Shown piece after piece: positions 52,438 through 62,592 of a stretch of DNA of 64,000 nt. The translations under genes and the position numbers were made by a program. The DNA comes from an uncultured Fibrobacterota bacterium. Its GTDB lineage: Bacteria > Fibrobacterota > Chitinivibrionia > Chitinivibrionales > FEN-1185. The notes under the pieces are model-generated. The model searched no databases. It had not been told where the DNA came from and saw nothing but the letters and a program-made list of their open reading frames with translations. The DNA is taken from NCBI GenBank assembly GCA_963753345.1, contig CAVWBU010000032.1, forward strand, positions 164,179 to 228,178. Reading direction: 5' to 3'. Numbering within the stretch: position 1 is the stretch's first letter; every line of letters starts with the position of its first letter.

Positions 52438-52886
52438 TGCCTACCCAACAAAACGAGTTTCAGCTTTCTGAGACCTCTCCCTCCGTTCAGGCTCACTTAG
52501 GCATCCTGCAGTCGGTTATTCAACGAATGTCTACCAACAGTACCTCGTGCAAAGCTTGGTGCATTACTGTTGTGTCGGCAGTTCTTGTTATAATTGCGGA
52601 CAAGGGCAAACCGAATTTTGCATTTATTGCTTTTATTCCAACCATCCTTTTTCTGGCTCTCGACGCATACTACCTTGCATTGGAGAAAGCATTTCGTGCC
52701 TCATACGCCGAGTTTGTCAAGAAGCTTCACACCGGCATGGCAAAGGCAGAGGATCTTTACGATATCGTGCCAGAGGGAAGCCAGTTTAGACATCAGATTG
52801 CTGCGCTTAGGTCGTTTTCAGTTTGGGGTTTCTATGTCACGCTGCTTGTCCTCATCGAGTTGACTCGTTCGATTGTATTCAAGTAG
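52434..52886 (+). CDS. Membrane protein translationally coupled to the TIR gene
   Basis: HL..LQSVIQRM..NS...KAW, three hydrophobic segments, LDAYYL..E..FR..Y; ATGA overlap. Confidence 0.8.
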   Translation: MMPTQQNEFQLSETSPSVQAHLGILQSVIQRMSTNSTSCKAWCITVVSAVLVIIADKGKPNFAFIAFIPTILFLALDAYYLALEKAFRASYAEFVKKLHTGMAKAEDLYDIVPEGSQFRHQIAALRSFSVWGFYVTLLVLIELTRSIVFK

Positions 52887-53011
52887 AGACCCAAAATACT
52901 ACTAAGAGTCACTTGTCAATATTCTTCCCTGAGGATCTTCGTTAAAAGGATATATTTTACCTTTGGGAAAAGTCCTAATGAAAACATGATCAAAACAAAG
53001 AGCAACGGTTT

Positions 53012-54544
53012 ATGAATATCGTATTTCTGATTATCGGATTATTGATAGGGACTGCTTCAATCTGGCTCTTGAATCGAACGCGAATTCGAGCGTCGTATGA
53101 TCGAGGCAAGCTGGAAGGTGAGGCGGAGAGAAGCGTACTGAACGAGCGTCTTTCAAACTATGACAAGCAGTCTCAAGACGCGAAAGCCACCCTCGAAAGT
53201 CTGCGCGCCGAAAGGGAGAAGCTGACCGATCAAATTACTACCCTTTCAGCAAGTAACTCTGCCCTCCTTGAGAAAAGCTCTCGTATTCCTGAACTTGAAA
53301 AGACGGTGAGAGACAAAGAAGGCGTTGTCGACAAACTGAATGCTGATATTGCTCACTTGAGGGAGTTGATTTCTGAGGCCCAGACGCAGCTTGATGAAGA
53401 GCGCAAATCAGCTCGCGAGAAACTTGCCTTGCTTGACGATGCACAAAATAAGCTAATGGATGCATTCAAGGCTCTATCGTCAGATGCGCTAAAGAACAAC
53501 AATCAATCGTTTCTTGAACTGGCAAAAACGCATCTCGATACTTATCAGCAGACGGCCAGAGCGGATTTGGAAGCTAGGCAGACTGCGATTTCGAACCTTG
53601 TTGACCCTTTAAAACAATCGCTTGAAAAATTTGATGCAACCGTACAGACAATAGAAAAATCCCGGAACACCGCTTATGGGAGTTTGACAGAACAACTACA
53701 ATCCCTTTCAAAAACCCAAATGCAGCTACAAAGCGAGACCGCAAATCTTGTCAAGGCTCTCCGGACGCCGAATGTTCGTGGTCGTTGGGGTGAAATACAG
53801 CTCAAACGCGTCGTAGAGATTGCCGGCATGCTGGAATATTGCGATTTCAACACTCAGGAAAGTGCCGCAACGGAAGATGGAACTCTAAGACCGGACATGA
53901 TTGTCCGCCTTCCCAATTCTCGAAATATTATCGTTGATGCAAAGGTCCCACTTCAGGCTTACCTGGACGCACTGGAAGCGGTAGACGAAGGGACAAAGCT
54001 TTCAAAACTCAAGGATCATGCGAGACAGCTTTCCGATCATGTTAGCAAGTTGAGCAAGAAATCGTATTGGCAACAGTTTCAACCTGCACCCGAATTTGTT
54101 GTACTCTTTTTGCCCGGCGAGAACTTTTTTAGTGCAGCCTTAGAGCAGAATCCGCGGTTGATTGAAACAGGGGTTGAACAAAGGATAATTCTTTCAACGC
54201 CTACTACCTTAATCGCGTTGTTGAAAGCTGTCGCATATGGTTGGAGGCAAGAACAGGTTGCTCAAAATGCTCAAGTGATCAGCAATTTAGGGAAAGAATT
54301 GTACGAGCGAATTCAAACGATGGCTGAACATTTTGAGGCAGTACGTAATGGTTTGGAAAAGGCCGTTGCCGCGTACAATAGAGCAGTCGGCTCACTTGAA
54401 GGCCGTGTTCTTATTTCTGCAAGGAAGTTCAAGGAGTTGAGTGCGTCGACCGTTACCGAGATCGAGCCACTGAAAATGATCGAGACTTCGACGCGAAGTT
54501 TGCAGATAGGACCAAACGAAGAACCAGACGCGACCCAAGACTGA
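53012..54544 (+). CDS. rmuC: DNA recombination protein RmuC
   Basis: N-terminal TM, coiled coil, [18 protein letters not shown]...[30 protein letters not shown]. Confidence 0.95.
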   Translation: MNIVFLIIGLLIGTASIWLLNRTRIRASYDRGKLEGEAERSVLNERLSNYDKQSQDAKATLESLRAEREKLTDQITTLSASNSALLEKSSRIPELEKTVRDKEGVVDKLNADIAHLRELISEAQTQLDEERKSAREKLALLDDAQNKLMDAFKALSSDALKNNNQSFLELAKTHLDTYQQTARADLEARQTAISNLVDPLKQSLEKFDATVQTIEKSRNTAYGSLTEQLQSLSKTQMQLQSETANLVKALRTPNVRGRWGEIQLKRVVEIAGMLEYCDFNTQESAATEDGTLRPDMIVRLPNSRNIIVDAKVPLQAYLDALEAVDEGTKLSKLKDHARQLSDHVSKLSKKSYWQQFQPAPEFVVLFLPGENFFSAALEQNPRLIETGVEQRIILSTPTTLIALLKAVAYGWRQEQVAQNAQVISNLGKELYERIQTMAEHFEAVRNGLEKAVAAYNRAVGSLEGRVLISARKFKELSASTVTEIEPLKMIETSTRSLQIGPNEEPDATQD

Positions 54545-54580
54545 TTGTGCCGAGCATATTCTCTTGGTATGAGAAGTGAC

Positions 54581-55246
54581 TCAGGCAATCAAATCGCAGA
54601 AGTGAAACTGATTATCCCGCAAAACAATACCACCCTTGGTGAAAGAAATTTCATCTTTGAAAATAGGACCTCCATAGACGAAAGAATGGAATTCACCATT
54701 TTCTCCGCAAGGGTCGACATTTTTGGGCAAATCGGACAGTAGGGAATTGTCATAAGTTCGGCCGCAGAATTTTCCATCGAGTTGTTTGCCGTCAACACAC
54801 GTGATAATCGCCTTGAACCCCAGATCGATGAATTTCTTTGCCAGGATATAGCTACTCTGTTTCCAGAGCGGAAAGATTCCTTTCATGTCGATCTTTGATA
54901 GATTTTCTTCCCTGTGCTTTTTCAGGTCTTCAAGAAAGATATCTCCGAACGCGACTGAAACCACTCCTTCATTTTTGTATTTGAGAAGGGCAGCCTCCAT
55001 CTTTTCCTCGTATTCTTCGTTTGAGGATTTCTTCGAAATCATGACTTTCTCAAGAGGCAGTCCAATTGATTCCGCCTGTTTCTCAAGAAGTCGAAGTCTC
55101 ACCCCGTGCATGCTTATCCGCTCGTAATCAGAAGTGACGGTTGTCAGCAAGGCGACAATCTCAAACTCCTTGTTGTTCTTCAGGCTGTGCAGAGCAAGGG
55201 CGCTGTCTTTCCCGCCACTCCATGAGAATAGAATTTTATCAGGCAT
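54581..55246 (-). CDS. Diphthine-ammonia ligase-like PP-loop ATPase (MJ0570/Dph6 family)
   Basis: SWSGGKDSALA, RISMHGVR, FGDIFLEDL, FPLW, DPCGENGEFHSFV. Confidence 0.9.
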   Translation of the reverse strand: MPDKILFSWSGGKDSALALHSLKNNKEFEIVALLTTVTSDYERISMHGVRLRLLEKQAESIGLPLEKVMISKKSSNEEYEEKMEAALLKYKNEGVVSVAFGDIFLEDLKKHREENLSKIDMKGIFPLWKQSSYILAKKFIDLGFKAIITCVDGKQLDGKFCGRTYDNSLLSDLPKNVDPCGENGEFHSFVYGGPIFKDEISFTKGGIVLRDNQFHFCDLIA

Positions 55247-55248
55247 CT

Positions 55249-56475
55249 TTACCTTTTCTGAGAATCATCCGAAACCCTTTGAATGAACTTCTCCGCTATG
55301 CGTTCCGCAGATTCAAGGTCATCAATTCCTGCTTTCTTGGCCAATTCTTCGATGTTGTAGTCCTTACCCGCGTTTAGACGCTTCGCTAATTCCCGCAGGA
55401 AACCATTAATCTTGTCGAGTTGTTTTTGATCCTTCTGAAAAACCGGTTTTGCAAAATGCTTTTCATATGGATTCATTTCTACGGTGGCGTTCAAAACCTG
55501 CTTTGCCATATGAAGCATCGTCGGAGTCGCAAGAATTTCGGGATTCAAGGGAAACTCGTTGCCTTGTTTGTTGAGAGTTGAGACCAGTGTGTCGTATCCG
55601 CGTTTCGTCATTGAGGTTAGAACCAACAGATTTTTCTTAGCGTGAAAGAAGCATTTTGCAAAGTGCGGAAAAGAATGCCATCGCTTGAGCGACAGCATGT
55701 ATAGCGGATGTTTCTTCTCGATAATGAAATCAGGTTCATATCTTTCGAGAGATATTTCCTTTACATGAAACTCTGATTTGTGGAATACTGTCATGTCTTT
55801 TCTGCAATAGGTGACAGGGATTTCTGCCCATCGAAAGAGCATGGAGAACGGAATGGGATTTGATTCGATCACTTGTTGTACTTCGTTTTGGAAAAGAATC
55901 TCAGGTTTGATAAGTCTTGCAAAGAAGAATAAATCAAACGGCTGAATGCCTCTGAAATACGCCAGCGGACCATATGACTGATAACATTCACCGTTGAACT
56001 CAAGCAGCAAGAACCATAATGGAAGCTGGACGCCCGCTTCAGTATTCGTTTCGGAAATCCCTGGAGAATAAAGAAGGAACTTCTCCTCTGTAATCACGTC
56101 TTTCATTTCATACATGTCATGAAGCAAGTAATTCTCTATCGAACAAAAACAGAATCGCCATGGATGTTCAATTTGAAACCTCAAGTATTCGTGTTCTTCA
56201 ATGTTTCGTTTCTGTACATCGGAATGGTTGATTATCTGGTTGATTCGTCCGTTTTCCTTGAACAGGTCGTGAGCTAGAAGCTGCGACATGAGCATTCGGA
56301 ACCAACTTTCGGGCATCTGACTGGTAACATGTCGAAACTCTGATAGATTCTGAGCAATTCGTTTAGCCTGGCCCTCCCTTTCACCGACGAAGTAAAGAAG
56401 AAACTGATCCACAAGCGGGTTTGAAATTCGGCTATTCTTATCACATGAGGCTTTTATTCTTTGGAAATCAAGCAT
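55249..56475 (-). CDS. Hypothetical protein
   Basis: About 408-aa uninterrupted ORF; GGAG upstream of ATG 56475. Confidence 0.7.
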   Translation of the reverse strand: MLDFQRIKASCDKNSRISNPLVDQFLLYFVGEREGQAKRIAQNLSEFRHVTSQMPESWFRMLMSQLLAHDLFKENGRINQIINHSDVQKRNIEEHEYLRFQIEHPWRFCFCSIENYLLHDMYEMKDVITEEKFLLYSPGISETNTEAGVQLPLWFLLLEFNGECYQSYGPLAYFRGIQPFDLFFFARLIKPEILFQNEVQQVIESNPIPFSMLFRWAEIPVTYCRKDMTVFHKSEFHVKEISLERYEPDFIIEKKHPLYMLSLKRWHSFPHFAKCFFHAKKNLLVLTSMTKRGYDTLVSTLNKQGNEFPLNPEILATPTMLHMAKQVLNATVEMNPYEKHFAKPVFQKDQKQLDKINGFLRELAKRLNAGKDYNIEELAKKAGIDDLESAERIAEKFIQRVSDDSQKR

Positions 56476-56752
56476 GAGGATGTACTCCGTTTTGATTTTG
56501 AAAGTAGGCGACGGCTTCAAAGATTCGATGTCGAAAACGCGCCTTTAACCGGAGGTTGAGCGTAGCGCCGAGAAAAAATGGTTAGGGATAAAATAACTAT
56601 TACCATCAATCCAATTGAAATGTCGATCTTGTTTCTATGGCTAATTCTTCCAAGGACTTCATTGTTATTTTCAATCGTCACCAAGACTCCCTTGACAGGC
56701 TTAATCTGCCCCTGTCCTTAATAACCTTTTACCTATCCTAAACGCTATTGGT

Positions 56753-56786
56753 ACACACTACGGCTCTTGGTTGTACAAAGGCCGGA
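56753..56786. repeat. Island repeat family C, identical 34-bp copy at 59663-59696
   Basis: ACACACTACGGCTCTTGGTTGTACAAAGGCCGGA at both positions. Confidence 0.9.
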
Positions 56787-56907
56787 TAGACGTAGATGTA
56801 TCCAAGTCTCGGCTGAAAATGTTGACATGGGTTATGATCGAACGATATTTTTAGACGCTTACTGCCAATTACGAAAAGTTACAATAATACAGAAAAATGA
56901 GGTCACC

Positions 56908-57957
56908 ATGAAATCCACTAAACATGGAAAAGAAAAGAAAGCCGGGGTCTGCTATGCACTAACGGTTGAAGGCGTCGAATTGCCAGTTATTGATATCACG
57001 CACCCGGCATTTACGGTTATCGAACCAAATGAGGCGGAAATAGCCGTTATGACTAAAAAGGCGACCGAAGATCAGGCAAATTTCGAAAGTATGCCTGCGC
57101 CGCTTCGTAAAATGTTTTTATGGTTTTTATCCCGGAAATCGCTTTTGATGCGCGGACTTCTCGGTGCATCAGGAACCTATTTGAGCGGGATGAATACTTA
57201 TTTACTGAAATTAGGGCCGGATAATTTGGGAAAGGAATATAGTAAACCGCTGGATATGGTTATTGCTTCTTCGCTCCCGACTTTGTCCACGAGATTGCGA
57301 TTGCAGGACATGGCTTACATGACTGCGAATGAGATTGCACCCATGCTCGGAGCCGCCCGGTTGGATCAGCCTTTTCATATAATCAATATCGCAGGCGGGC
57401 CATGTGCAGACAGTCTCAATCTCCTGATCTTGTTGTACAAAGAAAAACGCAAGTTGCTTGACGGCCGCACGATAAAAATCCATGTCTTAGATCTTGAAAA
57501 GGCTGCGCCAATATTTGCTGGCCGGGCGTTGGAGGCTTTACAGTCACCGGGTTCACCCTTGCATGGGTTGAAAGTCAACTTAGAATATATTCCATATGAT
57601 TGGCGAGAAACGCAGAGGCTGAATGATTATTTGACGGCCTTAAATCTGGCCCAAAGTATTGTTGCCGTCATGGTGGAAGGCGGTCTTTTCGATTATGGGA
57701 CCTCGGAAGAAATCTCTGCGAATTTGAAGGTTTTGCATGCTTTAACGCCGGCGGAAACCGTATTGGCAGGCACTATCACCCCCGTCCAAAGACCAGGAGA
57801 AGGGTTTGCTCAGGTTGGCGGAGCCCGGACCATTGCACGCAGCCTTGAGGAATTTAGAGACCTCACCAATGAGTCCGGTTGGGCAATAATGGAGAGCCGG
57901 GATCGGATGATAAATTATGTTATCCAACTATGCAAACTGTCTGGCAGAAAAGTTTGA
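56908..57957 (+). CDS. Hypothetical protein, probable class I SAM-methyltransferase-like fold
   Basis: INIAGGP, VLDLE, YDW, EGGLFDYG motifs. Confidence 0.6.
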   Translation: MKSTKHGKEKKAGVCYALTVEGVELPVIDITHPAFTVIEPNEAEIAVMTKKATEDQANFESMPAPLRKMFLWFLSRKSLLMRGLLGASGTYLSGMNTYLLKLGPDNLGKEYSKPLDMVIASSLPTLSTRLRLQDMAYMTANEIAPMLGAARLDQPFHIINIAGGPCADSLNLLILLYKEKRKLLDGRTIKIHVLDLEKAAPIFAGRALEALQSPGSPLHGLKVNLEYIPYDWRETQRLNDYLTALNLAQSIVAVMVEGGLFDYGTSEEISANLKVLHALTPAETVLAGTITPVQRPGEGFAQVGGARTIARSLEEFRDLTNESGWAIMESRDRMINYVIQLCKLSGRKV

Positions 57958-58032
57958 ACATTTTAGTGCCACCTACCCATCGGTAGAAAATGTTTTCGTA
58001 TCAATAAGAAACATGTGTAAGAAGGGATACTT

Positions 58033-58701
58033 ATGAAATTAGAAAGACAAATGCTTGAAGTGAATTCAATTCAAATTCCAGCATTATCCATCACAAATGA
58101 CAGCGATTTGTTAGCGATCGTTATTCACGGGTATGGAGGAAACAAAGAGGAAATTTTTGGATTAAGTTCATATTTATCCTTTAACAAAATAGACACGATT
58201 ACCATAGATTTAAGAGGACATGGCGAAAATGATATCTACTATACAATTGATGTAATGGATGACATCAATTCGATCATCCATAAGTTTAGAGATAGAAAAA
58301 GAATAGTCACGGTTGGGCATTCGATTGGCGGAAGATTGGCCTTGCTTTCCGAAGCTGATATGAAAGTCGGCATTTCACCGGCATTGTGCAAGACTTATTC
58401 TGATCAAACAAAATCGGTAATTACTAATTTGCGAAAATACAGAGTTAAAGAAGAACGCGGTGACAACAATTTTAAAATTGCGGCCGAACTGCCTTTAACA
58501 AATAGTTTATCGGATAAATCTCTTGTCATATATGGCTCTCGCGACGTACCGGAAATCAAAGAAGCCTGTGAAACATTAAGAAATCAGGGCATGAATGTTG
58601 TAAAAATAGAACACGCGTTACATAATGATATTTACAACTTGAATGAAACATTTTTAATAATAAGTACGTTTCTAAATAAACACAACAGCGCTTCTGCCTG
58701 A
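58033..58701 (+). CDS. Alpha/beta hydrolase
   Basis: HGYGG, DLRGHG, GHSIGG nucleophile elbow, G..D, H. Confidence 0.85.
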   Translation: MKLERQMLEVNSIQIPALSITNDSDLLAIVIHGYGGNKEEIFGLSSYLSFNKIDTITIDLRGHGENDIYYTIDVMDDINSIIHKFRDRKRIVTVGHSIGGRLALLSEADMKVGISPALCKTYSDQTKSVITNLRKYRVKEERGDNNFKIAAELPLTNSLSDKSLVIYGSRDVPEIKEACETLRNQGMNVVKIEHALHNDIYNLNETFLIISTFLNKHNSASA

Positions 58702-58785
58702 AAGGGAGTTTCAAACTGTGAATGTTAAAAATAGAAAAGGTAACTGACTGAGCAACGTCCAATATGGAATTGTTGGAGATTACAA

Positions 58786-59637
58786 ATGAGAATGTTATTG
58801 TGTTTCGTTGTAGCGTTGTTTTGTCTGCCTTTGCAAAATTGTTCATACTCGAAACATCTGGCCCAGCGTGAGGCACAATCGGCATTGGATCGCATGCGCC
58901 GTCCGGCCGTACCGGATACAATTCGTCTTTCGGACCTTGACAGACTGCCCGCACCAGTTCGCTTGTATTTGATCAGAACCGGGGTTGTCGGCCGCGAACA
59001 AGTGCGAACCTTCCGTGCCAGATTCGAGGGAAAGATGCGGATGAAAGAGGGTGGAAGCTGGCTGCCTGTTCGGGTAATTCAGTATTCATTTCTGGATTCA
59101 AATTTCACAAGGATTTTTTATATCGAGGGCGCCATGTGGCATATCTTTCCGGTCAAGGGCCGGGACAAGTATATGAATGGAAAGGGGAATATGCTCATCC
59201 GACCACTGGAACTCTTTACCGCTGTCAATCAAACAGGCGAAACCATGGACCGCACCGCCCTGGTTACATTTCTCAATGACATGCTCATGTTTCCGATGGC
59301 CATGCTCAACCCCAAGGTGACCTGGGAGGCAATCACGGACAGCTCTTCGCGTGCTGTTTTAAATGACTGCGGCCACGCCGTTAGCGGAATCTTTTATTTC
59401 AATAAGGACCATGACTTGGTTGATTTTGAAACTAGCGACCGAACTTATGATGACGGTCGCGGTGACGTCCGTAAGGCAAAGTGGTGGACTCCCCTAAAGA
59501 ATCACCATCAAATAAACGGTCTCTGGCTCCCCGGAGAAGGACAGGCGGTATGGGACTTCGGCGACCGTCGGTTTCCTTACGCTTCATTTAAGATTCTGGA
59601 CGTTGGCTACAATCTTTACCAGCTTTATGACGAATAA
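58786..59637 (+). CDS. DUF6544-like lipoprotein
   Basis: DL..LP.PV..YL...GV.G, GRDKY..GKG.M, F.SDR, W.TP, P.EG.AVW. Confidence 0.7.
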   Translation: MRMLLCFVVALFCLPLQNCSYSKHLAQREAQSALDRMRRPAVPDTIRLSDLDRLPAPVRLYLIRTGVVGREQVRTFRARFEGKMRMKEGGSWLPVRVIQYSFLDSNFTRIFYIEGAMWHIFPVKGRDKYMNGKGNMLIRPLELFTAVNQTGETMDRTALVTFLNDMLMFPMAMLNPKVTWEAITDSSSRAVLNDCGHAVSGIFYFNKDHDLVDFETSDRTYDDGRGDVRKAKWWTPLKNHHQINGLWLPGEGQAVWDFGDRRFPYASFKILDVGYNLYQLYDE

Positions 59638-60036
59638 TTTTCCATTGCCAAGTAGACGATGAACACACTACGGCTCTTGGTTGTACAAAGGCCGGAAGAG
59701 GCGGTTTCTTCGATATAAAAAAGGTATGAACAATGACCTGTTCCAACTTTCCCTGAAAGATTTGAACCTATTATTCGCCGGAAGAGGTGGAGGCGCTGAA
59801 GAGAACAAATAGGGTATCTTGAAGATGTCCTTTCCGGTTTACACCATCATTATTTCAGGAAGGCGGCATAACGGATGGTATTTTTCCATAGGTCGAGGTC
59901 GACCTGTGTGTGCTCCTGGCAGGATTTATGCAACGCCGGGTAGAGATAATTTCATTCGCCCAATCTTTACATTCATTATGATCGGTATTCACATTCTTTG
60001 TGCATGAAATGCAAAAGCGTTCGTTTTGGGATTCAC

Positions 60037-60993
60037 CTATTGTCTGTATCCGATGACGAACCCCTGCTGTTCCAACCCGTAAATCTCGCTTGCGGCCCCG
60101 ATGGAATAGTCGCCTGCGCTCCTGTCTGCAAACATCGGATCCCAAATCCAGTATAAAGGCGAAACCGCGGGCGACAGGGACAAGGCGGTCCGGTTGGAAT
60201 CAATGTCGAGTGAATCGAAGGAAAGCTGCGAAACGGTTGAGTCCCACAGGCCGGAAATGCCGTCGCCTGCGTTAAAGGAAATGATTGATGTTGCCACGGT
60301 CACCGCGCCCGCGGGCGTGGTGACGGTGATGCCGTTTCCGCCGTTGTCGGAAATTGTCGAATGCGAAATAGCCGCCGGTGCTGCGATCACGTCCACGCCA
60401 TCCTGAACATTATGGGCCATCAATGCGTTTTCCATAATTACCGTGTGCGAGCCTGACGCATCGCCGTTTATCACAATTCCGGCTTTCTCGTTTCGCACGA
60501 AGGTGCAGTGGGACGCCTTTACGTCGCTATCCGTTATTTCCAATCCGTCAAACGCGTTATCTTGAAATGCGCAGTCAGAAAAGACGATGTCGGATGATCC
60601 GTTTTCGATTTTGGCGCCAGAGGCGTTGCTCGAGTCGAAGGTCATGTACTGGAACCTGAGGGAATGTTGCGCGCTTATGTAAAGAATGCCGAGCGTGGGT
60701 TGGGCGCGCAACACCGAGCCGGTGTCGCTGCCGAGTACCACAATCGGTTTATCCGCTGTGCCGCTATTGTTGAATCTGAGGGAAACGTGATAAATCCCGG
60801 GAGCAACAACGATTGTGTCGCCTGCCGATGCGGAGAAAATCTTTGCTGCGAGAGTGTCTGCGTTGGATACGAGGGTTCTTACGCCGGGGAAGAGCGCCGG
60901 GCTGTTGATGGGATCAAAGGGATTATTCCTGGTGATGCACGAAAGCGAAACAAATATGACAAGTGCACACACCGTAAAGCATTTTCTCAACAT
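60037..60993 (-). CDS. Right-handed beta-helix lipoprotein
   Basis: LSC...NPFDP, A.AGDTI.V.PG.Y, SGTADKPIV, N..DG repeats; start placed at ATG 60993. Confidence 0.75.
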   Translation of the reverse strand: MLRKCFTVCALVIFVSLSCITRNNPFDPINSPALFPGVRTLVSNADTLAAKIFSASAGDTIVVAPGIYHVSLRFNNSGTADKPIVVLGSDTGSVLRAQPTLGILYISAQHSLRFQYMTFDSSNASGAKIENGSSDIVFSDCAFQDNAFDGLEITDSDVKASHCTFVRNEKAGIVINGDASGSHTVIMENALMAHNVQDGVDVIAAPAAISHSTISDNGGNGITVTTPAGAVTVATSIISFNAGDGISGLWDSTVSQLSFDSLDIDSNRTALSLSPAVSPLYWIWDPMFADRSAGDYSIGAASEIYGLEQQGFVIGYRQ

Positions 60994-61078
60994 GGCATTG
61001 TCCGTGATGTTCCGAAGGTTCCTGACGGATTGTTTTGTTGCAGGACAGCTGCGCCCGCCTCGATGCCGTTGTGCCGCA

Positions 61079-61966
61079 ATGCTGCCGGTGGTTTTCCTCT
61101 CCGTACGGGTGCTGTGCGAACCTGAGCCGGCAGTATCGCATGAATCAAAAAATACTATCATCGTCATGGCCGACACCACGCTTGATTCCATGATTTTTCC
61201 CGGGTTTTCCACCGCGCTCGTTTCCCAGCTGGAAAACGACCTTGCCTCTTCGGAATGGACCGTGCTGTTGGATCGCCGTTTCATCAATAAATTGCGGACG
61301 GCCGATTCCGGGGCCTCGGTCCTGATGATAAGAGCACTGCCGATGCAGTCCGGCCCGCCATCGATTTATGCGCTGATCGAACCGCTTTCCTCATGGAAGG
61401 CCTCGTTGCCCGACACCCAGTATCAGCCGCTTGTCAACTTTGTGTATTCCCGGGCCGATACTGCGGCGGCCGCTCTGCTTGTGGCGAAAAAAATCGTGGA
61501 AAACCTGCGCGGCCGCTATGCGTGCCGGCTCCTGATAACCAGCGCACCGCCGCAGGCGGCAGTACGCAGCGCCACAGGCATGACCGGCACATGTCCCGTT
61601 CAATGGGACGTGGCTTTCGGCATCATCGATGTTGAGGCTCGCAAACAGGGCTACCTGCCGAAAACCGTGCGCCTGAACCTTTCGGACTTCCGGAAGGCGG
61701 ACACCGCGGTGATCGTACTCACCAAACGGAGGCTCTATCACTCACCGGCATTCTATCCCGCAATCACGCTCGGGTTGGTTTCGGCCGCGCTCTATGGCGG
61801 TGAGTATTACTATTATCAGAAATATAGACGTCTTGACGGAAGCGATCTTGCCAATAATCCGGGCGCCTTCGGGAGCACCTTCGGCATTGCACAGAACTGC
61901 GAATACGGTGCGGATATATCGCTTGGACTTGCAATCGCTTTGTTCTGTGTGACCTTTTTCTGGTGA
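61079..61966 (+). CDS. Membrane protein with PEGA-like domain (start uncertain)
   Basis: LLITSAPPQA.V...G.CP...V.ARKQGY; two C-terminal hydrophobic segments. Confidence 0.6.
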   Translation: MLPVVFLSVRVLCEPEPAVSHESKNTIIVMADTTLDSMIFPGFSTALVSQLENDLASSEWTVLLDRRFINKLRTADSGASVLMIRALPMQSGPPSIYALIEPLSSWKASLPDTQYQPLVNFVYSRADTAAAALLVAKKIVENLRGRYACRLLITSAPPQAAVRSATGMTGTCPVQWDVAFGIIDVEARKQGYLPKTVRLNLSDFRKADTAVIVLTKRRLYHSPAFYPAITLGLVSAALYGGEYYYYQKYRRLDGSDLANNPGAFGSTFGIAQNCEYGADISLGLAIALFCVTFFW

Positions 61967-62014
61967 ACCGCGGCTTGCGTTTTTCCCACTAAGTAAGCGG
62001 GAAGAAGGACTGAG

Positions 62015-62577
62015 ATGAAAACGATCGTGGAACCCTCGCGGGAAACGATTGCCGCGTGCCGGGCCGGCGACCAGACCGCGTTCAAAACGGTCTTTACTAT
62101 GTATAAGACATATGCATACAACCTTATTTACAAAATCACCGGCCCTTATTCGGACCATGAGGACCTTGTCCAGGAGACGTTTTTCCAGATCTACCTGTCT
62201 CTTCGCACGTTCGAGGGCACCTCGTCGTTCACCACGTGGTTCCACCGCGTGGTGGTGCAGGTGTGCAGCGGCAACCTCAGGTATAAATTGGCCGGGAAAC
62301 GAAAACCTGACGGCGCCGTGATAAACTATGACGACATGCAGGATTCGGTTGCGGACAAGGGGCCTCGCAGGAGCATGAGTTCGAAATGAAAAACCTTGTC
62401 GAAAAAGCGCTTGCTGGCCTCAGTGACACGCTTCGGATTCCGCTCGTATTCAGCGTGTACAGGAAATGGACATTGGCGAAATCGCCGCGGCCTTGGAAAA
62501 TCCCGGAAGGCACAGTGAAGTCGCGGCTGTTTACGGCCCGAAAGCAGATGAAAGAATTTATTCAGAACGCAGGGTAA
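62015..62577 (+). CDS. ECF RNA polymerase sigma factor (frameshifts near 62375 and 62465)
   Basis: GDQTAF, EDLVQETF, SSFTTWFHR, IPEGTVKSRLF.AR. Confidence 0.9.
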
Positions 62578-62592
62578 CCGGGAATTATCACC

